Assembly (NCBI GenBank): GCA_963786935.1
Contig: CAWBAN010000002.1
Location: 32,001 to 96,000 of the forward strand
Length of the DNA stretch: 64,000 nucleotides
Reading direction: 5' to 3'
From: an uncultured bacterium
GTDB taxonomy: Bacteria > Krumholzibacteriota > Krumholzibacteriia > Krumholzibacteriales > Krumholzibacteriaceae
The notes below the pieces were generated by a model that saw only the letters and a program-made list of their open reading frames with translations, made no database searches and was not told where the DNA came from. This document shows, piece by piece, positions 1 through 9,584 of the stretch (the first letter of the stretch is position 1; each line of letters opens with the position of its first letter). A program made the translations under genes and the position numbers.

Positions 1-1
1 G

Positions 2-223
2 AACCAGCCTTTTGCGAGCGTCATGTTCGAAACGGTGAGCGCCTTCGGTACGGTCGGGCTCTCAACGGGGATTACCCCGAACCTTTCGACGGCGGGAAAG
101 GTCGCGCTGACGCTCCTCATGTTCATGGGGAGACTGGGTCCTCTCACGATCGCCTACGCTTTCCTGCGCCAGAGAAGGCCGGCGCAATACCGGTACGCCG
201 AAGAACGGGTCATGATCGGTTGA
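2..223 (+). CDS. ktrB: TrkH/KtrB K+ uptake membrane subunit, C-terminal fragment (runs off window start)
   Basis: FETVSAFGTVGLSTG pore-loop motif, MFMGRLGPLT and terminal ERVMIG; directly upstream of an RCK protein. Confidence 0.92.
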   Translation, partial: NQPFASVMFETVSAFGTVGLSTGITPNLSTAGKVALTLLMFMGRLGPLTIAYAFLRQRRPAQYRYAEERVMIG

Positions 224-245
224 TGATGCGAAAGAGAGGCACGCA

Positions 246-932
246 ATGCGATATGTCGCGGTGATCGGTCTCGGCAATTTCGGGAGCACGGTGGCGCGCG
301 AGCTCACCGACAGGGGGGCGAAGGTGATCGCCGTCGACAAGAACCGCGATCGAGTCGAGGCGATCAAGGATTCGGTCTCATACGCCGTCACCCTCAACTG
401 CATCGAACAGACGGCGCTCCGATCGGTCGGCATTCAGGACGTGGATATCGCGGTCGTCTGCATCGGCGACGACATCGAGGCCAACCTTCTATCGACGCTG
501 CTCCTCAAGAAAATAGGCGTCAAGAAGATATGGGCGCGCGCCATCAGCTCCCCCCAGCAGGAGATCCTGAAATCGCTCGAGGTCGACGAAATCGTGAGCC
601 TCGAGGAGGAGATGGGCCGTCTCGTCGCCCGGAGCCTCGTTTCGCCGGGCATCAAGAAACACGTTCCGCTCTCGCGGGACCACAGCCTCGTCGAAATAGA
701 TGTGCCCCAGAGCTTTATCGGCAAAACAATCCGCGAAATGAACACCCGCGACAAATATCGCATCAATATCGTCGCCTTGAAGAAGAGAACGCCCTCGATA
801 GACGGTCGCGGCGAGCGCATTTTCTCGGAGACGATCGACGTGACGCCGGAGCCTGACACGACGCTCGAAACAGACGACATCCTTCTCGTGGTCGGAGCGG
901 AAGACAATATACGCAAGTTTATGGAGCGGTGA
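246..932 (+). CDS. ktrA: TrkA/KtrA RCK regulatory subunit
   Basis: N-terminal VIGLGNFG Rossmann motif, TrkA_C-like C-terminus, adjacent to ktrB. Confidence 0.92.
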   Translation: MRYVAVIGLGNFGSTVARELTDRGAKVIAVDKNRDRVEAIKDSVSYAVTLNCIEQTALRSVGIQDVDIAVVCIGDDIEANLLSTLLLKKIGVKKIWARAISSPQQEILKSLEVDEIVSLEEEMGRLVARSLVSPGIKKHVPLSRDHSLVEIDVPQSFIGKTIREMNTRDKYRINIVALKKRTPSIDGRGERIFSETIDVTPEPDTTLETDDILLVVGAEDNIRKFMER

Positions 933-936
933 GCCG

Positions 937-1617
937 ATGTTTAAGAATCTCATGAAATTCGCCGGATTATGCCTTATGTTCTGCTACGTCGCGGCCTACT
1001 TCGTCCTCCTGAGGGAATCCTCGGTTATCGGGCGCTATTCATGGTTCGCCTGGCTCGGTCCACTCGGTTTCGTGTGCGCCATGTACCTCGCCGCGCGGCT
1101 CTTGACATTTCAGGCGAAATTCACCCGTTTTTCACGGCATCTCCTCGAGGGCAACTATCAATCGGGAATCCAGACACATCGGCTCTCGCGCGACGAGGTG
1201 CGCGGGCTCGCCGACCTCACGAACAGGGTCGCCGACCGATTGCGTCTCTATGACGCGCTCCGGGCCGACTGGGTCGCCGTCAGCACGCGCGCCCGCGAGA
1301 TCATGCACGAGCGCACGGGAACGGCGGTCGTCATCGCCGATATCGACGAGGGAACCTTTCGCTTCAACCCGGCGGCGCGCGCACTCTTCGGCGTCGAGCA
1401 GGAATCGATGTCGATCGAGTCGATCGTGAAGCACTCGGAGAACGAACAGTTCGCGCGTGTATACCTCGATATCGTCGCCCGCGACAAGGTGCCCCGTACC
1501 GCGCACTTCACGATGACGCTTCCCGTTCGAAACATCGCGCGAGCTGTCGACGCCGACATCATCCCGATCAAAGACAGGGACGAGAGGGTGCGGCTCGTTT
1601 TGATATTCTTGAGCTAG
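937..1617 (+). CDS. Membrane protein with HAMP-like and PAS-like regions, no output domain
   Basis: Two N-terminal hydrophobic helices, RDEVRGLADLTNRV HAMP-like segment, FNPAARALFG PAS-like segment. Confidence 0.55.
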   Translation: MFKNLMKFAGLCLMFCYVAAYFVLLRESSVIGRYSWFAWLGPLGFVCAMYLAARLLTFQAKFTRFSRHLLEGNYQSGIQTHRLSRDEVRGLADLTNRVADRLRLYDALRADWVAVSTRAREIMHERTGTAVVIADIDEGTFRFNPAARALFGVEQESMSIESIVKHSENEQFARVYLDIVARDKVPRTAHFTMTLPVRNIARAVDADIIPIKDRDERVRLVLIFLS

Positions 1618-1641
1618 TTCGCGCGAGAGAATCCGCTCGCC

Positions 1642-2346
1642 CTAGGTCGTTTTCTTGAGGATGTTCATGCGGCAGACGGACCGGTACCGGTAGGATTCGA
1701 AGGGAGTGTCGGCGGCGCGGCAGAGCCGCTCCGTGACCGCGCGCGCGGCGGCGGCGACGTCGATTTTCGCCGCGGCGTCGCCGACGAAGAGATCGAGCAG
1801 GCGCATGTAATCCTGGAAGGATCTCTCCAGATAGTACATTCCCTCGCCCGTCATGCGCAGGCCCGCGCTCCCCGCCGCCTTGATCGCCTCGTACGCCGTC
1901 GCTTGAATGTCACGCTCGTCCTCGACGAGCCGGACGACCTCGTAATAGGATCCCGTCTCGCCGACCGGCTCGACGAAGATCGCCGTGCCGCCGGGCTTGA
2001 GGATGCGCATGCACTCCTCGACGGCGCGGCGCATCTCCTTCGCCGGAATGTGGTGGAAGCTCGCGAGATAGAGGACCGCGTCGGCGCACCCGCTCTCGAG
2101 CGGAACGTCCTGCGCCGTGCCCACGAGATATTTTTCATCCCCGCTCTTGGGAGCCTCCACGGCGCGGGCGATCATCTCGACCGAATCGACGCCCGTCGCC
2201 GCGGCGCCCTGCTCCGTCATCCAGCGGACGAAATCCCCCGCACCGCATCCGATGTCGACGGCGGTCTTCCCGGCGAAGTCGAAGTGCCGCGAGAGATACT
2301 CGCCGTGCGCTTGGACCTTCTTCATGGGCATTTCGGCGAAATTCAT
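1642..2346 (-). CDS. Class I SAM-dependent methyltransferase
   Basis: VDIGCGAG motif I and RILKPGG; start placed at ATG 2346, overlapping the upstream gene's stop. Confidence 0.85.
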   Translation of the reverse strand: MNFAEMPMKKVQAHGEYLSRHFDFAGKTAVDIGCGAGDFVRWMTEQGAAATGVDSVEMIARAVEAPKSGDEKYLVGTAQDVPLESGCADAVLYLASFHHIPAKEMRRAVEECMRILKPGGTAIFVEPVGETGSYYEVVRLVEDERDIQATAYEAIKAAGSAGLRMTGEGMYYLERSFQDYMRLLDLFVGDAAAKIDVAAAARAVTERLCRAADTPFESYRYRSVCRMNILKKTT

Positions 2347-3092
2347 TGTTTCTCGACCTCCCGCGCGAGAAATTCGGCGAGACGCTCGAGATAGATTTCC
2401 CCTTTTTCGGCCGACGACTTCTCGGGATCGCCGAGGACCCCGTTCTTCGTGAGCGCCGGCATCCCCTTCTCGAAGATGACGCGAACCTCGTTCTCGGTGA
2501 GGGGCCCCACGTAGCCGGCCTCGAACCGGTCCCTGACGACGAGACCGCTCTCGAGCGCCAGCATCATGGAGGTTTCGTTCTCCCCCGCGTGCGCCCCCGC
2601 TTCCGCGGCGGTCACGCCGAACTCGACGGAGAGGGAATCCGAGAAATTGGAGAATGCCATGAGGTCGGTGTAGCCGACGATCTTCACGTTCGGGTGCTCC
2701 GCCCGCGCCTCCCCGATCGCCTTCTCCACCGTGCCGAAATTGCCGCCGTGGGTCGGGAGGAACACGATTCGCTTGAAGCCGCATGCGACGAGACTCCGTA
2801 CGTAATCGAGCACGATCATCCGCAGGGTATCCGGCCGGAGCGAGATCGTTCCGCCGAAGGAGACGTGATGATCGGAGATGCCCACCGGAATCGTCCGCGC
2901 CTGAAGCGCGTTTCCGAGTCTAGCGGCGACCCGGTTGACCACGTCCTCGGCGATTCTCGTATCGGTCATCGTCGGGAGGTGTGGGCCGTGCTGCTCGGTG
3001 GAGCCGACGCCCACGACGGCCGTCGTGAATCCGCGCGCGATCGCGTCGTTGACGGCGGGAGCGGTCATCTCTTCCATGCGGAGGGCGTTCAT
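2343..3092 (-). CDS. Creatininase/MftE-family amidohydrolase
   Basis: GSTEQHGPHLP, HGGN and HAGENETS motifs. Confidence 0.88.
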   Translation of the reverse strand: MNALRMEEMTAPAVNDAIARGFTTAVVGVGSTEQHGPHLPTMTDTRIAEDVVNRVAARLGNALQARTIPVGISDHHVSFGGTISLRPDTLRMIVLDYVRSLVACGFKRIVFLPTHGGNFGTVEKAIGEARAEHPNVKIVGYTDLMAFSNFSDSLSVEFGVTAAEAGAHAGENETSMMLALESGLVVRDRFEAGYVGPLTENEVRVIFEKGMPALTKNGVLGDPEKSSAEKGEIYLERLAEFLAREVEKQ

Positions 3093-3098
3093 TCTCGT

Positions 3099-4655
3099 TC
3101 ACTCCTTCGGCATCAGCTGCTCGATCATCTTCGCGTCGACCCAGCGGTCTCCGCCGATCATGATGTAATCACCGGCCGGCGCGAAATTGAACGGCCGGTT
3201 TTTTATCCGGTCCGCCAGGCTCGTCGCCGGCGTCCACGAACCGTCCTTGTTTTTGAACGACACGCAGGGGCCCGGCGGAGCTCCGCTCAGGAAGAGGAGG
3301 TAGTCGCCGTCCGGCGATATCATCGGCGAATTCTCCACCTTGTCGGTGTTCACGGCGCTCCCGAGCTTCTCCGGAGCCGCATATTTCCCGTTCGCGAGAC
3401 GCGAGCACCAGATGTCTCCGTCCGTCGCGTAGTAGTAGTTGCCGTCGCGGTCGAACGAAAACGTGAGAAAGGTGACCTGCGGCCCGGCGGGTATCGGCAG
3501 CTCCTCGCAGAAGATCGGCTCGCTCCATCCGTCCTTCGTTCTTTCCAGATACCAGGTGCGCTTCTCGTTCTGCGGAGGCGCGACGCCGGCGACCGGCCGT
3601 TCCGAAAGAAAATAGAGCCGCTTCCCGTCATGCGAGAAGAAGGGATGGTCGTCCCTGAAGTCCTTCTCCGAGAACGCAGCCTTCCGCGGATAGGTCCAGT
3701 ATCCGTTCTCGATCCTCGTCGTCATGATGTAGCCGAACGAATATCCCCCGCCGCGCGGATCGATCATCGGATTCCAGAATATCTCGTCCCCCTTCGGAGA
3801 GACCGCGACCGTCGAGTGCGGCCGGTAGCGGTGCGAAACGATGCCCGGGGCGAACTCCTCCGGCGTGAGTCCCGGCCGCGGCCTGCCGAGATACTTCCCC
3901 TCGATCTTCGGGAACGCCGGGGGAGCCGTATCGGCGCCTGCCGACGCGAGGCAGCTCATCAATTCGGGATCGTCCCGCTCCTGCGCGACGTTGTACGGGG
4001 TTTGGCCGAGCATGTTTCTCGCGTCGATATCGGCGCCGCGCGCGAGCAGGAAGGAGACGATCTCCCGGTGCCCCTGCTCGGCGGCGATATGGAGCGGAAC
4101 CCACCCGAATTCATCCTTCTTGTTCACGTCGAAGCCCCTGCCGGCCAGGGATTCGACGATTCGCGGCGAGCCGCCGCCGGCCGCCGAATGGAGCAGCGTG
4201 CCCGCGGTATCCACCGACGCGCCGCGCGCGAGCAGGGCGTCGAAGAGCCGCTCGAGCCCGCCACTTGCCGCGTCGTTCAGGATCTGCGCGCCCTCGCGGC
4301 CGCCGACGGGAAGCTCGGCCCCGGCGTCGAGCAGAGCTTCCACCGCATCCTTGTTCGGCCGCCACGCGGCGAGCATGATCGGCGTCCATCCGGAATTGTC
4401 GACCGCGTTCACGTCCGCGCCGAGGCTCACGAGCAGCCGCATCGTCGCGCCGTCGCCGCCGTCCCTCGCGGTCGCGCAGAGGGGCGTTCTGCCCCACGTG
4501 TTCCGCTTGTTCAGCAGCCCGGCGTCCGCGCGGATCATGGCCCTGACCGCGGCGGTGTCGCCGCTCGTCGCGGCCCGGTGAATATCCTGCGCCCGAAGCG
4601 GCGCCGAGAGAAGAATCGCGCCGAAAGCGCCCAGAATCATTATCCGTGCCCTCAT
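3099..4655 (-). CDS. Exported ankyrin-repeat protein with C-terminal PD40/TolB-like propeller repeats
   Basis: Signal peptide; ankyrin repeats (GRTPLC, GWTPIM, GWVPLH, GQTP); PFFSHDGKRLYF and PMISPDGDYLLF repeats. Confidence 0.8.
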   Translation of the reverse strand: MRARIMILGAFGAILLSAPLRAQDIHRAATSGDTAAVRAMIRADAGLLNKRNTWGRTPLCATARDGGDGATMRLLVSLGADVNAVDNSGWTPIMLAAWRPNKDAVEALLDAGAELPVGGREGAQILNDAASGGLERLFDALLARGASVDTAGTLLHSAAGGGSPRIVESLAGRGFDVNKKDEFGWVPLHIAAEQGHREIVSFLLARGADIDARNMLGQTPYNVAQERDDPELMSCLASAGADTAPPAFPKIEGKYLGRPRPGLTPEEFAPGIVSHRYRPHSTVAVSPKGDEIFWNPMIDPRGGGYSFGYIMTTRIENGYWTYPRKAAFSEKDFRDDHPFFSHDGKRLYFLSERPVAGVAPPQNEKRTWYLERTKDGWSEPIFCEELPIPAGPQVTFLTFSFDRDGNYYYATDGDIWCSRLANGKYAAPEKLGSAVNTDKVENSPMISPDGDYLLFLSGAPPGPCVSFKNKDGSWTPATSLADRIKNRPFNFAPAGDYIMIGGDRWVDAKMIEQLMPKE

Positions 4656-4692
4656 GACGATTTTGCCCCCTTGGTTCGCGATCGCCGACCGT

Positions 4693-6972
4693 TTATATCC
4701 GGAAGAGATACTGCAGCTTCATGAAGAACTGCCGGCCGGTGAGGTCGCTCCCGTCGCGTCCGTCCATCTCGTAATCGTAGACGCGGTAGTCGTGCGTCGA
4801 GCCGAAATAGAACAGCGTCAGCGAGTTGATCTGGTACGTGAGGAGCGGATCGACGTCCCACGTGCGATAGCGGTCGTTGTACTGCGACACGAGACGCAGC
4901 GAGAACTCGCGCGTCATCTGGAGCGACAGGCGCGACCAGAAGACCGATTGGTCGAACAGGCGCTCGCCGGTGTTCAGGTCGTCGCTCTGGGTGTAGTTCA
5001 TCGAGAGGGCCAGCGTCAGGCGATCGATCGGCCGTATGGTCGCCGAGACGCCGTAGTCGAGCTGCTTCCCCATGACGAGCTGATAGCGGGCGATGCGGTG
5101 GCCGTAGTTGACGTTCGCGTTGAGCTTGAGCTCGTTCCACGGCTGGGTGCTGATGCAGTTGTGCACGCTCCAGATGCCGTTGAACTGCTTGCCGTGGAAG
5201 TTTTCGTTGCTCGCCATATAGTTTGCGTGCATCCCCGTCTGGGCCGCGCGGAACTGCAGCATGAGGTTCGGGCTGACCCATTCGTCCTTCCGCACGCCGT
5301 CGAAGTTCCACTTTCGCGCGACCTCTACTTCGCCCTGGATGTACTCCATGAACTTGCTGTCGTCGAATCTGATGATGCCGTTCACGTCCGCCGAGCCCGT
5401 GCGCTGGTTGTTCTGCGGCTCGAAGCCGTTGTCGGCCCGGAAGGTCGGGCTCAATTCGTTGTAATGGAGGGCGACACCGTAGTTGCTCGTGTTGCGGCTC
5501 ACCCCGGCGGCGAAGGCGTGCCCCCAGTAGCTCTCGCCGTCGAGCCCGGCCGTGTACTTGTCGTCGGCGAACGTGCTCGCGTTGAACGAGCTGTCCGGGA
5601 CGAGGGCGAGGTTGTCGACCTCCTCGGTCTGCGAGGCCATGGCCTGCACCCGGAACGAATTGCTCGCCGAGAGGCGCACCTGCGTGTCGACGCTCAGGAG
5701 CGATCCCATGCCTCCCCCGTCGAAGATCCGATTGGTCGCGATGAGCCCTACGTGCGACTGGTTCCCGAAATCGTGCCGCACCCTGAGGAGGTTCGAGAAG
5801 CTCTCTCCGTTCTCGACGAACTCGCTCGACTCCTCGAAGGGGAGAATGATCACCGAGTGCTGGTCCTGCGCCGAGAGGAGCGCCATGCTCGTGGCGCCGT
5901 TTCGCCAGGTGAGCTTGCCGGCGCCGTTCGGGTCGTTGATCGACCTCGTGTAGACCGCGTTGAAGTACGAGTTGAACAGATCGCTCCCTTCCTGGAAGAA
6001 GGGGCGTTTCTCGGGGTAGAACAGGGCGAAGGTCGAGTTCACGTCGATCTGCGCCACGTCCGTCTCGACCTGGCTGAAATCGGGATTGATCGTCGCCTCG
6101 GCGCTCATCTCGGAGTTGATGTCGTAGGTGATCCCGAGCCCGATCTCCCCCTTCGCCGGATCGTTGACGAAGCTCCCGTCATCGGCGAGATAGCCCGATT
6201 CGTGCGCGACGGCCGCCGGCAGGAGCTCGAAGCCTTTCCCGGCTTTGATGCCCGAGATGCCCGTCATACTTCCCCACTGGCAGGGCCAGCAGTCCTCGTC
6301 GCGGTTGTAGGCGGCCCACGAATACTGGAAGCGCGATTCGCGCGGCCGGTTGCGCCAGAAATCGACGCGCCACGTCTGGTCAGGGCTGTCGGGGAAGCGC
6401 AGGCTCGCAAACGGGACCGCCATCTCCGCCACCCATCCCTTGTCCGTGATCCGGCCGGCCGACTGGAAGATCATGTCGTAGCCGCCGTCCTCCCCGTACG
6501 CCGTGGAGAAGAGCAGGTCCCCCGGCACGCCGTACGGATTCGCGGCGATCTCGTACGCGTGCGTCGCCTCGCCGTAGGTGTCGAGGCACAGGATCACGTA
6601 GTCGCCGGAGAACATCTCGTCCCGCTCGGTGAACGACGCCCGCACCGCGGCGGGATCGTCGTAGCAGAGCCACGCGACGTAGAGATACTCGTCGTCGTAC
6701 GTGATGAGCACCTCCGTGTCGACCTCGGGCTTCGTCTGGTTTCCCGGATTGTGCTCCGCGAAGTTCGCCGCCTTCGCGGCGCCGCTCCAGCCGGCGTCGC
6801 TCAGGTCGCCGTCGACCTTGATCGGCCCGACCGCCCGCGAGATCGAGAGCTCGGGGCGGTAAATCGGCGTGAACGAGTCCGCCTGCGCCGCCGCGGAGGC
6901 CGCGAGAAAGGCGCAGGCCGCGAAAACGATACGGATCGTTTTGAACACTCGATGGGGGTGATTGACGTGCAT
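4693..6972 (-). CDS. CBM9-like/DUF5916 exported or outer-membrane protein
   Basis: Signal peptide, IKVDGDLSDAGW, INPDFSQVETD and FYPEKRPFFQEG; C-terminal FMKLQYLFRI strand. Confidence 0.82.
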   Translation of the reverse strand: MHVNHPHRVFKTIRIVFAACAFLAASAAAQADSFTPIYRPELSISRAVGPIKVDGDLSDAGWSGAAKAANFAEHNPGNQTKPEVDTEVLITYDDEYLYVAWLCYDDPAAVRASFTERDEMFSGDYVILCLDTYGEATHAYEIAANPYGVPGDLLFSTAYGEDGGYDMIFQSAGRITDKGWVAEMAVPFASLRFPDSPDQTWRVDFWRNRPRESRFQYSWAAYNRDEDCWPCQWGSMTGISGIKAGKGFELLPAAVAHESGYLADDGSFVNDPAKGEIGLGITYDINSEMSAEATINPDFSQVETDVAQIDVNSTFALFYPEKRPFFQEGSDLFNSYFNAVYTRSINDPNGAGKLTWRNGATSMALLSAQDQHSVIILPFEESSEFVENGESFSNLLRVRHDFGNQSHVGLIATNRIFDGGGMGSLLSVDTQVRLSASNSFRVQAMASQTEEVDNLALVPDSSFNASTFADDKYTAGLDGESYWGHAFAAGVSRNTSNYGVALHYNELSPTFRADNGFEPQNNQRTGSADVNGIIRFDDSKFMEYIQGEVEVARKWNFDGVRKDEWVSPNLMLQFRAAQTGMHANYMASNENFHGKQFNGIWSVHNCISTQPWNELKLNANVNYGHRIARYQLVMGKQLDYGVSATIRPIDRLTLALSMNYTQSDDLNTGERLFDQSVFWSRLSLQMTREFSLRLVSQYNDRYRTWDVDPLLTYQINSLTLFYFGSTHDYRVYDYEMDGRDGSDLTGRQFFMKLQYLFRI

Positions 6973-7123
6973 CGCAGGCTTCCTTGAATTCCGGGTTCCC
7001 TATTCCGTGCGTCGACGGCGCGCCTTCGCGCGCGACTATACCTTATACGATTCGGGGCGGCATAGGTTCCATCCCGTGCCGCCCCGTTTTCCTGCATCCC
7101 CGCCGCCCCTCGTCACCGCCCTA

Positions 7124-8848
7124 TTAGTCCTTGTCCGCGTCCGTGTCCTTGTCCTCGTAGACCTTCGCGAGGCTGCTTTTCTCGTCGATCTTGGCGAGCA
7201 TCTTCTTCCCGTTCTCGTTGTCGGGATTGAGCGCGAGCGACTTTTCATAAAGCTTGCGGGCCTTGTCGGTCTTGCCCGCCGCCAGCATCGCCTCCCCGAG
7301 GCTGTCGTAGACGTTCCACGCGTCGGGGTAGAGGTGGGTGTTCAGCTTGAAGACCGAGACCGCCTTATTGATCTCCCCGCCGTGCAGGTAGAGATAGCCG
7401 AGCGTGTTGATCTCGCTTTCCTTGAAGTAGTACTTGTCGCTCTCCGGGCTCTTCTTTTCGGCCAGCACCTGCGCCTGATGCTCGCCGGCTTCGAGACCTT
7501 TCTTCTCGATGATATCGTGGATGAGCACCGCGGCGGAGTTCTCGTTCTCGGATATCTTCTCCCACGAGAGCTTCGTCTTCTCCTCCGCGCTCAGCGTCGA
7601 CATCTGCTTCTTGAGCTCCTGCTCCTTGAGGAACTTCTCCCGCTCCTCGGCGCTCATGCCCTCCATTTTCTTCTGGAGTTGCATCTCCTTTTCCTTGGTC
7701 GTCATCTCCTGCTTCTTGAGCTCGGCCTCTTTCTTCTCCTTGTCGCACTTCTCCTGGGCCTGCGCCTGCGTGCGCCACACTCCCGACAACGAGAGGGGCA
7801 GCACGATCGCGGCCACGACGAGGCACGACACGACGCCGGCGCGGCGTCGTCCCCTGTTTCTATCGATCTTCGGATCGAGAATGCACATGATCCGCTCCTT
7901 CAGATTCGAGCCCTGGGAAATTGTCGACAGCTGCCAGGCCGGCCCGCGGGGCGTGCCGAGATCCGCCGCGATGTCCATGAGGAACAACGCGTAGTCGGAG
8001 GGACGGGCGCCGGCGTTGAGCACCGCGTCGTCACAATCGCGCTCCCGTTCGATCCTCGCCGCTTTCACCGCCAGCCAGACGAATGGATTGAACCAGTACA
8101 CGCTCTTGACGACGATCGCGAGCACCTCGACGAGACCGTCCCGCCGCTTGATGTGGGCAAGCTCGTGGGACAGTATGTAACGGCGCTTCGCGGCGGGCCA
8201 CCCCGCCGAACCGGCCGGGACAACTATCGCCGGATTGATCGCTCCCACCGTTACCGCGGCTCCGATTTCACACGACTCGAAAAGACGTACCCGGCGCCTC
8301 AGGCCGAGCCGGGCGGCCGTCTCCGCGAGGAGATCCGCCCACGCCTCGTCAGCCGAGGCGCACCGCCGGATGATTCTGCGTCCGAGCGCGGTGCGCACGG
8401 CGAGCCAGCACAGCGCGAGAACCGCGCCCGCAAGCCACGCGAGAATCGCCCATGCCTGCCACCCCCCCATGAGATCCGCCCCTCCCACCGCCGATACGGT
8501 CCGGCCCTGCGCCGCGAGCGCGCGCTCGTTCGGTGCGTCGATCGGCTTATCGCCGGGAACGACGAGCGCAGCGCTTCCGACACCGCGTCCGAACCAGGTG
8601 CTTACCTCGGGAATGACCGGAAGATTCCAGACGGGCGAAACGAAGCGGCCGAGCGGCAGCGCGAGCAGAATGACGAGCGTGAACACCCAGACCATGCTTC
8701 TCGCGTTCGCCGAGGCCCGGCGCATCGAAAGCGTCGCCAGCATCGCGACGGCGCAAACGATCGCCGCCTTGATCGAGATGTCGATCACGAAGCCGAGAAC
8801 TCCGGCCCAGGGCATCCCCGCAAGCAGACCGCTCAGACCTGCGTTCAT
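7124..8848 (-). CDS. BlaR1/MecR1-type M56 metallopeptidase signal transducer with C-terminal TPR
   Basis: HELAH zinc motif, YWFNPFVW, ERERDCDD, LKERI; follows a BlaI-family gene. Confidence 0.9.
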   Translation of the reverse strand: MNAGLSGLLAGMPWAGVLGFVIDISIKAAIVCAVAMLATLSMRRASANARSMVWVFTLVILLALPLGRFVSPVWNLPVIPEVSTWFGRGVGSAALVVPGDKPIDAPNERALAAQGRTVSAVGGADLMGGWQAWAILAWLAGAVLALCWLAVRTALGRRIIRRCASADEAWADLLAETAARLGLRRRVRLFESCEIGAAVTVGAINPAIVVPAGSAGWPAAKRRYILSHELAHIKRRDGLVEVLAIVVKSVYWFNPFVWLAVKAARIERERDCDDAVLNAGARPSDYALFLMDIAADLGTPRGPAWQLSTISQGSNLKERIMCILDPKIDRNRGRRRAGVVSCLVVAAIVLPLSLSGVWRTQAQAQEKCDKEKKEAELKKQEMTTKEKEMQLQKKMEGMSAEEREKFLKEQELKKQMSTLSAEEKTKLSWEKISENENSAAVLIHDIIEKKGLEAGEHQAQVLAEKKSPESDKYYFKESEINTLGYLYLHGGEINKAVSVFKLNTHLYPDAWNVYDSLGEAMLAAGKTDKARKLYEKSLALNPDNENGKKMLAKIDEKSSLAKVYEDKDTDADKD

Positions 8849-8849
8849 T

Positions 8850-9251
8850 TTATCGCCCGCCCTTTCGCGATTCCTCGATGATCTCGAGGATCCGTTTGCG
8901 CTCCTCTTCCGTCAGATTCGCGTCAGCTTTCGTGAGAATGGAGATGACGGCCGCCGCTTCCGCGCCCTTGAAGAAGGTCTCAAGCACGCCGTCGAGCGCC
9001 GATTTTCTCGCGCTCGCGAGCGGAATGGTCGGGAAGTAGATATACTTGCCCTTTTCCGTTTCGTGCCGCAGATATCCCTTTTCCTCGAGAACGTTGAGCA
9101 TCGTGCGAACCGTCGCGTTCGCGGGCCTGCCCGGCAGGTCGGCCATGACCTCCGTCGCAGTAGCCCTCCCTAGCTGGTATACAATCTCCATGATCTGACG
9201 TTCCCTGCGAGTGAGCTCCTTGAGATCCGTCTTTTCCATGCCGTTTTCCAC
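8850..9251 (-). CDS. BlaI/MecI/CopY-family repressor
   Basis: LTRRERQIMEIVY...TVRTMLNVLEEKGYL winged helix; GTG start at 9251 preceded by AGGAGG. Confidence 0.9.
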   Translation of the reverse strand: MENGMEKTDLKELTRRERQIMEIVYQLGRATATEVMADLPGRPANATVRTMLNVLEEKGYLRHETEKGKYIYFPTIPLASARKSALDGVLETFFKGAEAAAVISILTKADANLTEEERKRILEIIEESRKGGR

Positions 9252-9343
9252 GGTAACCTCCTGCAAAAACCTGCCGCCGGCGGACTGCTGCCACGACCGA
9301 CGCAACGCATTACCCTAAAACAAGTAACACGGTTGCGGCGAGC

Positions 9344-9399
9344 TTAACATGTTAAACGAATCGCATGTTAAATATTTAACATCTTCGGGGCTTTGTCAA
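9344..9399 (-). promoter_or_regulatory. Candidate blaI promoter with palindromic operators
   Basis: Minus-strand TTGACA at 9399-9394; perfect palindromes ATGTTAAATATTTAACAT (9365-9382, over the -10 region) and TTAACATGTTAA (9344-9355). Confidence 0.6.
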
Positions 9400-9584
9400 G
9401 GGTGAAAATGAAAATATTTTGGGCACGCGCGGGCGGGGCCTCGAAGCACCGGCCGAGCGCGCCGCCCTGGCGGCGGCCTGCAGCCCCCTCGCGCTCCGAG
9501 ACGGCGCCCCGCCGGAACAAACCTCCCCCCGCCGTGTATTACCGCTATCATGGAACAACGAAACCCCTTTGAACGGAGGTTCGT

